DNA from: a virus
Reading direction: 5' to 3' (one strand)
Length of the DNA stretch: 64,000 nt
IMG/VR virus record: IMGVR_UViG_3300048930_001424
Span: 1-64,000 of that record
Shown here: positions 27,767 through 37,217 of the stretch, in pieces
How the letters are laid out: the number at the start of each line of letters is the position of its first letter
Numbering within the stretch: the stretch's first letter is position 1
Position numbers and translations under genes: made by a program
The notes under the pieces: generated by a model
Databases searched by the model: none
The model's input: the letters and a program-made list of their open reading frames with translations, nothing else
Told to the model about the DNA's origin: nothing

Positions 27767-28795
27767 ATGGGTGACGTGTTCCGCAAAGTCCGGTCCGGCC
27801 AACCGCTCCGCATCCCCGCTGCGGCGTACAACGCCTTCGTCGATGCGGCGGTCGATCTGCGCCGACGCGAGCGTAACGCGAACGCCGGGCCAGCGATGGA
27901 ACCCGCGCAGCGCGGCATCGTGCTGGTTCGCAACGACTCCGATGACGACATCGAGCCGTACCACGCGCTGGCGATAACGGGCGTGCTTGTCCAGCCCGAC
28001 AACGAGGATCAGGAGCGAACGTTTCATAGTCGGACACCGCTGACGGGCGAGATTGCCACCGAGGAGTCCCCGTCGCTCTCGTTCGTGCTGGCCCTCCAAC
28101 CGATCAAGCCGGGCGACCTCGGACGGTGCGTGCTCACGGGTGTGACGCCCGCGCGGGTCTTCATCACCAACGAGACGGATACGACGTGCGAGCTGGCTCC
28201 CGAGGAGTCCATGCTGGCCAGCACGCCCATGGGCGGCATCCCGATCCTATGGAAGGAAGAGGGCACCGGCGAGAAGTGGGCGGTCATCGAGATGGGTCAG
28301 CCTTCGCCCGGCCGCGTCACGGCGATCCTCGGGGCAGCGCAGCCCATTCCCACCGAGAACAACCGCTGGCGCTATCCGTGGGTCGAGGCCCGGATCGACG
28401 GCGACCCCGGCAGCGACACCTACCTCCGCTATGTCCCCGTGCCCGAGGGACTTTCGTCGCAACTGGCCGGTGGCGGCGAGGACCCGACGCGGCTGGCGAT
28501 CAACCGCTTCGAGGCTCATCACATGAACGACTTCGACCCGGGCTCCGGCTTTGGAGGGCTGCTCGGCCTGGGGCCGGTGTGCGAGTTGCCCGGCGTGCTT
28601 CCGAAGTGCCCGCCCGCGCGGTCGCTCAAGCCCAGGCTCGTTCCCATCCCCGAAGGGGTTTGCGTGCAGCTCACCTGCGAGCGCAACAGCAAGGGCAGGC
28701 CGGTGTGGGTGTTCGAGGCGATGAGCCTGATCGAGATCGCCGACCCGGCCGACGAGGACCGCAAGTTCAACATCTACATCGAGGGGGGAGCATGA
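27767..28795 (+). CDS. putative tail tip protein
   Basis: Synteny within the coupled structural operon. Confidence 0.5.
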   Translation: MGDVFRKVRSGQPLRIPAAAYNAFVDAAVDLRRRERNANAGPAMEPAQRGIVLVRNDSDDDIEPYHALAITGVLVQPDNEDQERTFHSRTPLTGEIATEESPSLSFVLALQPIKPGDLGRCVLTGVTPARVFITNETDTTCELAPEESMLASTPMGGIPILWKEEGTGEKWAVIEMGQPSPGRVTAILGAAQPIPTENNRWRYPWVEARIDGDPGSDTYLRYVPVPEGLSSQLAGGGEDPTRLAINRFEAHHMNDFDPGSGFGGLLGLGPVCELPGVLPKCPPARSLKPRLVPIPEGVCVQLTCERNSKGRPVWVFEAMSLIEIADPADEDRKFNIYIEGGA

Positions 28796-29391
28796 CCACG
28801 ACCTCCCCGACTAAGCCCACACTCGACGCCCGCCGCGAGCACGAGCGGAAGAAGTACGTCGCCCTCGCCGCGCGACACGCCGCGCCCGGAACTGGGTACG
28901 GCGCAACCAACCACGGAGCGGCGGCTTTCCCGCTGGTGCAGCGGATGAAGCCCCGCTTCGTGGTGGACTTCGGGTGCGGGCGGAACGCTTTCATCGGCGC
29001 GCTGCGGCGGATCGGCGTGGACGGGCTTGGTATTGACTTCGCCTTTCCCGAAGCGGACATCCCGCGGGCGATGCACAAGACCGGCGTGCTCGACGACGTT
29101 GCCGATGTGGTGACGAGCTTCGATGCCCTGGAGCACCTACTTCCGGAGGATGTGGACGCGGTGCTTGCCGAGATGCGCCGGGTGGCACGCCCGCGGGCGC
29201 ACTTCGTGTTCTCGATCTGCACGCGCCCGAGCCGGACCACCGTCGCAGGCGAGGGTCTGCACCCGACAGTGCGACCGCTGGCGTGGTGGCTGGATCGCAT
29301 CGGTCAGGTTGGAACGGTGACGGCACCGAAGGCCGAGGGGCGGTACATCGTCGGACGCTTCGCTGCCAAGGAGGGCTGCGGCTGTGCGTGA
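28792..29391 (+). CDS. class I SAM-dependent methyltransferase
   Basis: VVDFGCGRN motif I; DVVTSFDALEHL...LAEMRRV; ATGA overlap. Confidence 0.85.
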   Translation: MTTTSPTKPTLDARREHERKKYVALAARHAAPGTGYGATNHGAAAFPLVQRMKPRFVVDFGCGRNAFIGALRRIGVDGLGIDFAFPEADIPRAMHKTGVLDDVADVVTSFDALEHLLPEDVDAVLAEMRRVARPRAHFVFSICTRPSRTTVAGEGLHPTVRPLAWWLDRIGQVGTVTAPKAEGRYIVGRFAAKEGCGCA

Positions 29392-30286
29392 GAACCAGTC
29401 GGACATCGCGGCGCTCCAGGCGGGGCTCAAGGCGCGGAAGCCCGCGCGGGACGGTCTGCGCCTCTACACCGCCGACTTCGACTCGGTGTCGCTGGCGGGG
29501 TTCTACCGCGGGCGTTCGGCGTTCCTGATCTTGTCGGGGCCGTCACTCACGCAGGTGGATCTGTCGCAGCTCAACAAGCGAGGCATCGTCACGATGGGGG
29601 TGAACAACTCCTGGTCCGTGCATAGGCCGACGCTTTGGACGTGCGTGGACGATCCCGGCCGCTTCATCGACACAGGCTGGAAGGACCCCGGCATCCTGAA
29701 GTTCGTGCCGACGTGCTGCGTGGACAAGCGGCTCCGCATCCAGAACCCCGACGGCACCATGCGCAACAGCGCGTTCCGCGTCCGGCAGATGCCCAGCGTC
29801 CTGTTCTTCCGCCGCGCCGATCACTTCGACCATGAGCGGTTCCTGACGGGCGACTCGGTCCCGTGGGGGAACGACGCCAAGCACGCGGACTCGCTCGGGA
29901 TCACCGGTAAGCGGAGCGTGATGCTCGTGGCGCTGCGGCTCCTGCACCATCTCGGGTTCGGCACGGTGTACCTGCTCGGGTGCGACTTCAAGATGGCCGC
30001 TGACCGCAGGTACGCGTTCGATGAGCACCGGGCACCCAACGCAATCCGGCACAACAACGTCCTGTACGATTCGCTGGCCCGGCGATTCGAAGCCCTGCGG
30101 CCACACTTCGACAAGCACCGCTTCCGAGTCATCAACTGCTCGCCGGGAAGCGAGCTCCAGGCGTTCGACCGCTTGGACTTCGACGTGGCGGTGAAAGCCG
30201 CGTCCGCCGAGTGCGGCAAGCCCGTGAGCACGCAGGGCTGGTACGAACCCAATCCGAAGCCGACCCCGCAGGAGGCCGCCCGATGA
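29384..30286 (+). CDS. Maf/DUF115/CstII-like glycosyltransferase-fold protein
   Basis: AFLILSGPSL...MGVNN...WTCVDDP...LGFGTVYLLGCDF...VINCSPGS resembles the GxGPS / GF-x-IYLLG-x-D motifs of Maf and GT42-like enzymes. Confidence 0.6.
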   Translation: MRENQSDIAALQAGLKARKPARDGLRLYTADFDSVSLAGFYRGRSAFLILSGPSLTQVDLSQLNKRGIVTMGVNNSWSVHRPTLWTCVDDPGRFIDTGWKDPGILKFVPTCCVDKRLRIQNPDGTMRNSAFRVRQMPSVLFFRRADHFDHERFLTGDSVPWGNDAKHADSLGITGKRSVMLVALRLLHHLGFGTVYLLGCDFKMAADRRYAFDEHRAPNAIRHNNVLYDSLARRFEALRPHFDKHRFRVINCSPGSELQAFDRLDFDVAVKAASAECGKPVSTQGWYEPNPKPTPQEAAR

Positions 30287-31719
30287 GCGACGGCCCGACC
30301 CGATACTACTTATACATCCCCGTGTGGGCGACGGGCCGCCCGCCCACGGGAGGCGGGTCGAGCAACTACTCCACACCGTCGGGATCGACGCCCGAGAGCA
30401 CCTACTCGACGCCGACCAGCACCCCGAGCATGCCGCCGAGCTACTCGACGACCGGAGATGTCATCTACACGACCGGCCCGAGCGGAACGCCCACGCTCAC
30501 GTTTTACACCACCGGCGCCTTCACGAGCAACACGTCGGGGACGACCCACACTCCGTCGAGCAGCGGGTCGAGCGACTCCATGTCTTCAGGGTCGTCTGGT
30601 TCGAGCAGCGGTACGCCCACTTCCTCGTCGGGAAGTTCGTCATCGGGATCGATGTCGTCCAGCGGATCGTCCTCCGGATCATCTTCGAGCGGGTCGTCCG
30701 GCAGCGGGTCCGGCTCTTCAAGCGGATCGGGTTCGTCCAGCGGATCGGGGTCGTCTGCCTCGGGGAGCAGCGGTCAGAGCAGCGGCATGTCCAGCGGTGC
30801 TTCCTCGGGTGCCAGCAGCGGCATGAGTTCCGGAGGATCATCCGGCGGCGGATCGTCTGGTGGAGGCTCGTCCGGCGGCGGTGGTTCCAGCGGGGGTGGC
30901 TCCGGCCCAGGTGGGTCCGGCCCCGGCGGCTCGGGACCGGGCGGGAGCGGGCCGGGTTCCGGCCCCGGCAGCAACTGCCTCCTCTTCGGCACCCTCGTGC
31001 GCCTCGAGGACGGCCGCCTTACGCCCATCGAGAACCTCAAGCCCGGCGATCGCGTGGCATCCATCCAGGTGCCCGGCCTCGAGGTCGATGTTCCCTACCG
31101 CGCCCAATACAACTGGCTCTCGCACCACGGTCTGCACGGCGCGACACCCGTCACGGCCCGGGTGGCCAGCATCCGCCTGGGCGAGCACAACGGCTTCGTG
31201 GTCATCAACCGTCGCCTCAAGGCGACACCCGAACATCCATGCTTGATCCGCCGTGGCGACGAGTGGGGCTTCGCGTCCGCCGAGTTCATCCAGCCCGGCG
31301 ATTTCCTGATCGACGAGCACATGAACGAGGAAGAGGTCGAGTCGGCCGTGCGCATCGACGCCCCGACCCGCACCGTCGCCATCCACATCCCTGGCACGAA
31401 CACCCTGCTCGCCGAAGGTGTGTGGATCCACAACGACATGCCGGCGAACCAAACTGCCGTGAGCGGGTCATCGACGCTGACCAGTGGCTCCGGGTCCGGA
31501 AGCGCCTCGTCTGCGGACTCCGAGTCGGGCAGCGGATCGATGTCCGGATCGACCAGCGGCTCCTCGAGCAGTGGGTCGTCGTCAGGAAGCAAGTCGAGCG
31601 GGTCGTCGTCGTTCTCGACTTCGGGATCGACCTCCGGGTCAACATCCGGTAGCGGATCGGGCAGCATCATCCGAACGAGTCTGACGGGATCGGGAGGCAC
31701 AGGAACATACTCCCTGTAA
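30283..31719 (+). CDS. Ser/Thr/Gly-rich protein with embedded Hint (intein-like) domain
   Basis: Hint at 30976-31434: CLLFGTLV...IENLKPGDRV...ATPEHP...LAEGVWIHN; flanked by low-complexity S/G/T tracts. Confidence 0.85.
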   Translation: MSDGPTRYYLYIPVWATGRPPTGGGSSNYSTPSGSTPESTYSTPTSTPSMPPSYSTTGDVIYTTGPSGTPTLTFYTTGAFTSNTSGTTHTPSSSGSSDSMSSGSSGSSSGTPTSSSGSSSSGSMSSSGSSSGSSSSGSSGSGSGSSSGSGSSSGSGSSASGSSGQSSGMSSGASSGASSGMSSGGSSGGGSSGGGSSGGGGSSGGGSGPGGSGPGGSGPGGSGPGSGPGSNCLLFGTLVRLEDGRLTPIENLKPGDRVASIQVPGLEVDVPYRAQYNWLSHHGLHGATPVTARVASIRLGEHNGFVVINRRLKATPEHPCLIRRGDEWGFASAEFIQPGDFLIDEHMNEEEVESAVRIDAPTRTVAIHIPGTNTLLAEGVWIHNDMPANQTAVSGSSTLTSGSGSGSASSADSESGSGSMSGSTSGSSSSGSSSGSKSSGSSSFSTSGSTSGSTSGSGSGSIIRTSLTGSGGTGTYSL

Positions 31720-31732
31720 CCCACGGTTGCGT

Positions 31733-32788
31733 TCACATTGAGAGTCGCAGTTCGCCGGGCTTGCGTTCGAATCGGCTGACAAAATCAGCCTCATGCAAGC
31801 AGAGCAATTGCGCCAGGCTCTCCGTAGTGTGCCCCGCCGAATCACGCAGTTCTCGGAGCAGATCATCGACCAGTACTGGCTCCTCGCCCGCTATTTCAAC
31901 GAGTTCCTTCTTCCGCTGGCCCGTCACGCTGAGGCGACGGAACATGTGCTCGAAGTCGTTGTCCGAAATCCGACCAAGATCGCGAGCGCGATACACAAGT
32001 GAGGCCATCGAGACGCGCCACACAGGCTTGAGGCTCGCCGCACGGGTGAGAGTCAAACCCGAGAGCTCTGAACCGATAAGGCTCTCAGGCATGAGAAACT
32101 CCGAGGCGAAGCGGTTCGCTTCGTCCTCCATCGTCTCCGTCGCCGTCTCGTGCATCACGACGTGTCCGAGTTCGTGGCACAACGAGAACCTCACGCGATC
32201 CGCTGGTGCCTCGGCATTGATGAAGAACAGGGGCGGAGTGTCCTTTGGCCACATGCTGATCGCGTCGATGTCGCGTGTGCCGAACGCAAATTTGAAGACG
32301 ATGCCGCCAGCCGCCTCAATGACGCGGACGAGATTCTGCACCGGGCCGCTGGGCAGCTGCCAACTGGCGCGAACCAGAGCCGCAATCTTCTCGGGATCGT
32401 GACCATGCTCGTCGATGTCGAGAAACTCGACGCTGTGGGGGGTCGAAATATCCACTTCACTGATCAATCGACGGACCAGCATCCGCCGAATATTGACCTC
32501 TGCTTCCAGACGATGGATGTCCGCGGCTTTGGTGGCCGCTTTCTTCCGGTAGAACATGACGCTGAGGCCGAGACCACGCCGCTCGTCCTGCTGGAAAAAG
32601 AATGAACGTGGATACCCGAGAGTGGTGCAGATTCGATCCAGAACTTCTTCGGATGGCTCGCGGTGGCCTCCCTCCATGTGGCTGACGTAGGGCTGAGAGA
32701 CTCTGAGTCGCTCGGCAAGCTCTGTTCGATTCATGGCACGCGATTCTCGCGCGAGCACAAGCATGTCGTGGTTGAACGTGCCGGTCAT
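31733..32788 (-). CDS. XRE HTH + ImmA/IrrE metallopeptidase
   Basis: ELAERLRVSQPYVSHMEGG HTH; RFSLCHELGH HExxH; EDEANRFASEFLMP. Confidence 0.9.
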   Translation of the reverse strand: MTGTFNHDMLVLARESRAMNRTELAERLRVSQPYVSHMEGGHREPSEEVLDRICTTLGYPRSFFFQQDERRGLGLSVMFYRKKAATKAADIHRLEAEVNIRRMLVRRLISEVDISTPHSVEFLDIDEHGHDPEKIAALVRASWQLPSGPVQNLVRVIEAAGGIVFKFAFGTRDIDAISMWPKDTPPLFFINAEAPADRVRFSLCHELGHVVMHETATETMEDEANRFASEFLMPESLIGSELSGLTLTRAASLKPVWRVSMASLVYRARDLGRISDNDFEHMFRRLSVTGQRKKELVEIAGEEPVLVDDLLRELRDSAGHTTESLAQLLCLHEADFVSRFERKPGELRLSM

Positions 32789-33426
32789 GCGGATTCAACA
32801 CCCTTCCTCCGCGCCGACTTGGCGCGAACCGTGATCTTCGATCGCAAATCATCTGCAGCGACCGCGGGTTGCAGCAGTGGCGTCGCGTCGGTCTTCGGCT
32901 CTTCGATGGCCTCGACCCAGTGATTCTCGTCCCAGCTCTTCGGGCAGGTGAGGTAGCGTCCTGCGATCTCCGTACCCACCGAGTTGACGCGATATCCGAA
33001 AATCAATCGCGTAGGCGAGCTCGGCTCCAGTCCTTCGATAAACATCTGGCCCTGGAAGTAGTCGCGCTCCTGGCTGGGCGTGCGGATGTTGCGGGCACAC
33101 AGATCAGAGCCCAACTTCTTGAAACGCACCGCGACGCGGCCGTCGATCAACAGAAGCAGCATCCGCCCGCGCCTCCCGATGCGCACACGGTGATCACCAT
33201 CAAATCGCGCGGCCGCCAACTGGCTCCAGCGATCATGGAGCATGCTCGCCTTGGTGATATCGTTGAATGCCACGCGGCGCGTCGCGTCGTCCGCGTAGAC
33301 GGACTCGACGTACTCCCACGCTTCGTCAAGCAGCTCGTCGAACTGGGGCATGTAGTCAGTGAGGAGCGCGAGTGCGTCTTCTCGGCTGACGATCCGGCGT
33401 TGGATGATGCGGTTTGTCAAGTTCAT
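32785..33426 (-). CDS. hypothetical protein coupled to the XRE-ImmA gene
   Basis: ATGA overlap with the ImmA gene; VRFKKL motif. Confidence 0.6.
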   Translation of the reverse strand: MNLTNRIIQRRIVSREDALALLTDYMPQFDELLDEAWEYVESVYADDATRRVAFNDITKASMLHDRWSQLAAARFDGDHRVRIGRRGRMLLLLIDGRVAVRFKKLGSDLCARNIRTPSQERDYFQGQMFIEGLEPSSPTRLIFGYRVNSVGTEIAGRYLTCPKSWDENHWVEAIEEPKTDATPLLQPAVAADDLRSKITVRAKSARRKGVESA

Positions 33427-33539
33427 GGATGTGAGTGTAGGCAGCCAATCGAGCAAACGGAGTATTTCAATACACAAATCATTACAGACGGGTCACGGGG
33501 GCACCAGAGGTCCCCGCCTAATCTCATCAGCCGCCGACA

Positions 33540-33567
33540 TTGACGGCACTATCGCATGTGCTATACT
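33540..33567 (+). promoter_or_regulatory. sigma70-type promoter TTGACG-N16-TATACT with extended TG
   Basis: Near-consensus hexamers about 45 nt upstream of the helicase ATG. Confidence 0.6.
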
Positions 33568-33611
33568 CGTTCCAAGTGAAGCACGCGATAGACTCCAATC
33601 AGGAACTGCCG

Positions 33612-36600
33612 ATGCCTCCTGCCCGTCCAAGCAGCCCGGTCCCTGCGGACTACGGTGCGAAGATCAAGGAACTGCGCGGCCGCCTCGGCCTCACGCAGGT
33701 CAGGTTGTCTGAGCGTTTAGGAGTCTCGTTCGCCACCGTGAACCGGTGGGAGAACGCCCAAAGCCGTCCCTCTCCCTTGGCGTGGCAACAGATCCTGGAA
33801 CTGGGTGGCGACGAAGAAGCCGTCGCCGAGGTACCCGAGGATCGCCCACGTTCAGCGGTCATGGATTTCACTGGCCGCCCTGATGCGATCAGGGCGCTGG
33901 CGGAGGGGGAGCGGCTCTCGTTTGGCCACATGACGAATCCCGTGTTCGCCACCGAAATCGCTCAGATCGACCCGCTGCCGCACCAGCGCATCGCCGTCTA
34001 CGACCACATGCTCAAGCAGCCTCGGCTCCGATTCCTGCTCGCCGACGACGCGGGCGCGGGCAAGACGATCATGTCGGGACTCTACATCCGCGAGATGTTG
34101 TCCCGGCGACTGCTGCGGCGCATTTTGGTGGTGCCGCCAGCCGGGCTCGTGGGGAACTGGCGGCGCGAACTCTCGACGCTTTTCAGCCTGTCGTTCCGAA
34201 TCGTCGAAGGCTCCGAAGCCGCGTCGGGCAATCCCTTCATTGGCGACGACAGTGACCGCGTCATCGTGAGCGTGGACACCTTGTCCGGCCCGCGCGTGTT
34301 CGGCCGTCTCCGCGAACCAGAGGTGCAGCCCTACGACCTCGTGATCTTCGACGAGGCCCACAAGCTCGCCGCTGATCGCGGCGGCGACCTTAGGGTCCGC
34401 AGAACTGAGCGTTACCGACTGGCCGAGGCGTTGGCGGGCGTGCCAGATCTTGACGAGGCGTGGACGCTTCCCTGGAGCGCGGCCAACCTGCTGCTGCTGA
34501 CGGCGACGCCGCACATGGGTAAGGACTATCCGTACTTTGCGCTGTGGCGGCTGCTCAATCCTTCTGTCATCTCCACGCCTGAAGCGTTCAACGAGTATCC
34601 CCCGGACCAGCGGGGGCTCCACTTCATCCGGCGCACCAAAGAGGAAATGGTCACGCTGACGGGTCGTCCGCTTTACCCAACGCGAATCTCCGACACGCTC
34701 GGCTACGCCCTGTCGCAGGGTGAAGTCAGCGAGCAGGCACTCTACGACGGCACCACGGAGTACCTGCGATTCATCTACAACAAGGCGAAAATGCTGAACC
34801 GCTCGGCTGCTCGCCTGGCCATGAGCGTGTTCCAGCGCCGCTTGGCGAGTTCCACATTCGCACTCCTGCGGTCCTTCGAGCGGCGGATAGAACGCTTGAC
34901 GACGCTCATCGAGGATGTTCAGGCGGGCAAGATCACGATGGAGCAAATCATCACGCTCCAGCGCCGCATCTCTGACGATGACGACGTGTTCGACTCAAAG
35001 ACGGCTGACGACGAACGGTCCCCGGTAGACGGCGGCGAGGAGAATGAAAAGGCCGAGCAGTCGCTGCTGCAGGGGGTGATCGCCGCGTCGATCGCCGACC
35101 TCATCGCCGAGCGCGACCAGGTGCAGGAACTCCGCGATCTCGCCCAGCGGGTGTACGACAAGGGCGTCGAGTCCAAGTTCGAGAAGCTCCGGGAAGTCAT
35201 CCTCGAGGACCGCTTCGCGCATGAGAAACTGATCGTCTTTACCGAGCACCGCGACACACTCACATTTCTTGTCCGACGCCTCAATGGCATGGGGTACACC
35301 GGCCAGGTCGCTCAAATCCACGGCGGGATGCACTACAGCGAGCGCGAGGAACAGGTTGAAAAGTTCCGCAAGCCCATCGCCGAAGGCGGGGCACGGTTCA
35401 TGATCTGTACCGACGCGGCCGCTGAGGGCATCAACCTTCAGTTCTGTTGGGTGATGATCAACTACGACGTGCCCTGGAATCCCGCGCGGCTCGAACAGCG
35501 CATGGGCCGCATCCACCGCTACGGTCAGCAGCACGATCCCGTGATCATCATGAACCTCATCGCCCCCGAGACGCGCGAGGGCAAGGTGATGGAGACGCTC
35601 CTAGAGAAACTGGAGCGCATCCGTAAGCAGCTCAAGTCCGACAAGGTCTTCGACGTGATCGGACGGCTGTTCCAGGGTGTTTCGATCAAGCAGTACATGG
35701 AGGCCGCCGTCGAAGAGGATGACGCCGCAGCTGTCGCCGCCAAACTCGGTGGTATCCTGACCGCCGAGCAGGTCGAAGCGTTGGCCGAGCGAGAGAAGTC
35801 GCTCTTTGGGGATGGCGGCGATGTGAAGCGGGAACTGCCCCGTATCCGTGCTGAGATCGACAACGAGGCATATCGCCGACTGCTGCCCGGCTATGTCCGC
35901 CAATACATCGAGAACGCCGCCCCGCTCGTGGACATCGAGATCGACGGAGATGCACGCTCGTTTTTTTCGTTCAAGCCCGCTCGTCGCGGCGCGATCGACC
36001 GCATCTTGCCCACGTTGGACTTCTACCCCACGCGCCTTCACGAACTCCTGACGGTCTCCCGCCCGCCCAGCAAAGCGGACGGTATCTGGGTGCATCCCGG
36101 CGAGCCCGTCTTTGAGCAGTTCCGGGCCATCGTGTCCGACCGGCTGAGCGCCGAGGCCGCGAAGGGCGGGGTGTTCGTCGATCCCGACGCGGAGCGCCCG
36201 TACCTATTCCACCTCGCGCTTGTGTCGGTCGTCCGCGACGCCGATCCGCAGATGCCCGAGCTCGGTGCAGCATCCACGTTTGAATCCCGTCTCGTCGGCG
36301 TCAAGCAGTTCGAAGGGACTGAACTTCAGGTCTGTCCCGTCGAGCACTTGCTGTTGCTCAAGGGAGGCACAGGGCTTCCAGCAGCGGCGCAACGGCTGGC
36401 GGTCGCGGCACCGGGACTCCGAGATCAGGCGGCCGCGTTCATCGTCGAACGCGTCGCCCGGCAGTTGGCCATCGACCGCAAGAACCGACTGCTCTCCACG
36501 ATCGAGGAACGCGAAGCCTTCCTGCGGCGGGGCTTCAGCTACCAGGAGGCCGAACTCGCCGCCGCCCGCGGCAAGCAGGCCGAAAAGGCGCGATCAGGCA

Positions 36601-37181
36601 ACCGCACCGCCGCGAAAGAACTGGAGGAGATCAAGCGGGCGCAGCGTGATCTCACGGCCCGCCGTGACCGAGCCATCGCGGTCATCCGCCGCGAGCCGGA
36701 ACTGATCGGTCTTGCCCCGATTCATTTCGTCGCTCACGCTCTCGTGGTGCCATCCTCAGACCCGCTCGATCGCGAGCGACACGACGCTGATGTTGAGCAT
36801 GTCGCCATGCAGATCGCTTGGGCATGGGAGGAATCAGAGGGAGCCGTCGTCAAGGACGTGCATACGCCAGAACTCGCGCGGGCGGCGGGCTTGCCGGATT
36901 ACCCGGGCTTCGATCTGTTGTCGGTGCGGCCGAGCGGTGAGAAACGGGGCATCGAGGTCAAGGGCCGTGCCGCGACCGGCGACGTGGAGTTGTTCTCCAA
37001 CGAGTGGGCCAAGGCGTGCAACATGGGGCCGTCTTACTGGCTTTATGTGGTCTACGACTGCGCCACTCCAACGCCGCGACGTGCGCGCGTCCGCGACCCA
37101 TTCAATCGTCTGCTCGCCAAGGCAAAGGGCAGCATCCTCATCAGCGCTAAGCAGATTCTCTCTGTGGAAGGCGATGCCTGA
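33612..37181 (+). CDS. XRE-HTH + SNF2 helicase + DUF3883 nuclease
   Basis: LGVSFATVNRWEN; LLADDAGAGKT; DEAH; LLTATPH; WNPARLEQRMGRIHRYGQ; GFDLLS...IEVKG...NEW. Confidence 0.9.
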   Translation: MPPARPSSPVPADYGAKIKELRGRLGLTQVRLSERLGVSFATVNRWENAQSRPSPLAWQQILELGGDEEAVAEVPEDRPRSAVMDFTGRPDAIRALAEGERLSFGHMTNPVFATEIAQIDPLPHQRIAVYDHMLKQPRLRFLLADDAGAGKTIMSGLYIREMLSRRLLRRILVVPPAGLVGNWRRELSTLFSLSFRIVEGSEAASGNPFIGDDSDRVIVSVDTLSGPRVFGRLREPEVQPYDLVIFDEAHKLAADRGGDLRVRRTERYRLAEALAGVPDLDEAWTLPWSAANLLLLTATPHMGKDYPYFALWRLLNPSVISTPEAFNEYPPDQRGLHFIRRTKEEMVTLTGRPLYPTRISDTLGYALSQGEVSEQALYDGTTEYLRFIYNKAKMLNRSAARLAMSVFQRRLASSTFALLRSFERRIERLTTLIEDVQAGKITMEQIITLQRRISDDDDVFDSKTADDERSPVDGGEENEKAEQSLLQGVIAASIADLIAERDQVQELRDLAQRVYDKGVESKFEKLREVILEDRFAHEKLIVFTEHRDTLTFLVRRLNGMGYTGQVAQIHGGMHYSEREEQVEKFRKPIAEGGARFMICTDAAAEGINLQFCWVMINYDVPWNPARLEQRMGRIHRYGQQHDPVIIMNLIAPETREGKVMETLLEKLERIRKQLKSDKVFDVIGRLFQGVSIKQYMEAAVEEDDAAAVAAKLGGILTAEQVEALAEREKSLFGDGGDVKRELPRIRAEIDNEAYRRLLPGYVRQYIENAAPLVDIEIDGDARSFFSFKPARRGAIDRILPTLDFYPTRLHELLTVSRPPSKADGIWVHPGEPVFEQFRAIVSDRLSAEAAKGGVFVDPDAERPYLFHLALVSVVRDADPQMPELGAASTFESRLVGVKQFEGTELQVCPVEHLLLLKGGTGLPAAAQRLAVAAPGLRDQAAAFIVERVARQLAIDRKNRLLSTIEEREAFLRRGFSYQEAELAAARGKQAEKARSGNRTAAKELEEIKRAQRDLTARRDRAIAVIRREPELIGLAPIHFVAHALVVPSSDPLDRERHDADVEHVAMQIAWAWEESEGAVVKDVHTPELARAAGLPDYPGFDLLSVRPSGEKRGIEVKGRAATGDVELFSNEWAKACNMGPSYWLYVVYDCATPTPRRARVRDPFNRLLAKAKGSILISAKQILSVEGDA

Positions 37182-37217
37182 GATTGTCCTGGTCGGATTC
37201 TCGTGGGAAGCTCCCTT

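Larger units (their letters stand above)
2000..31719 (+). mobile_element. Prophage 1 (lambda-like siphovirus, serine-recombinase integrated); boundaries approximate
   Basis: Ordered recombinase, replication, packaging, head and tail modules; att sites not identified. Confidence 0.85.

Noticed and set aside
30560-30975. Repetitive DNA as a possible CRISPR array or DGR/VNTR
   Set aside because: Explained by Ser/Gly codons; no constant repeat-spacer structure, and no cas or RT genes in the window
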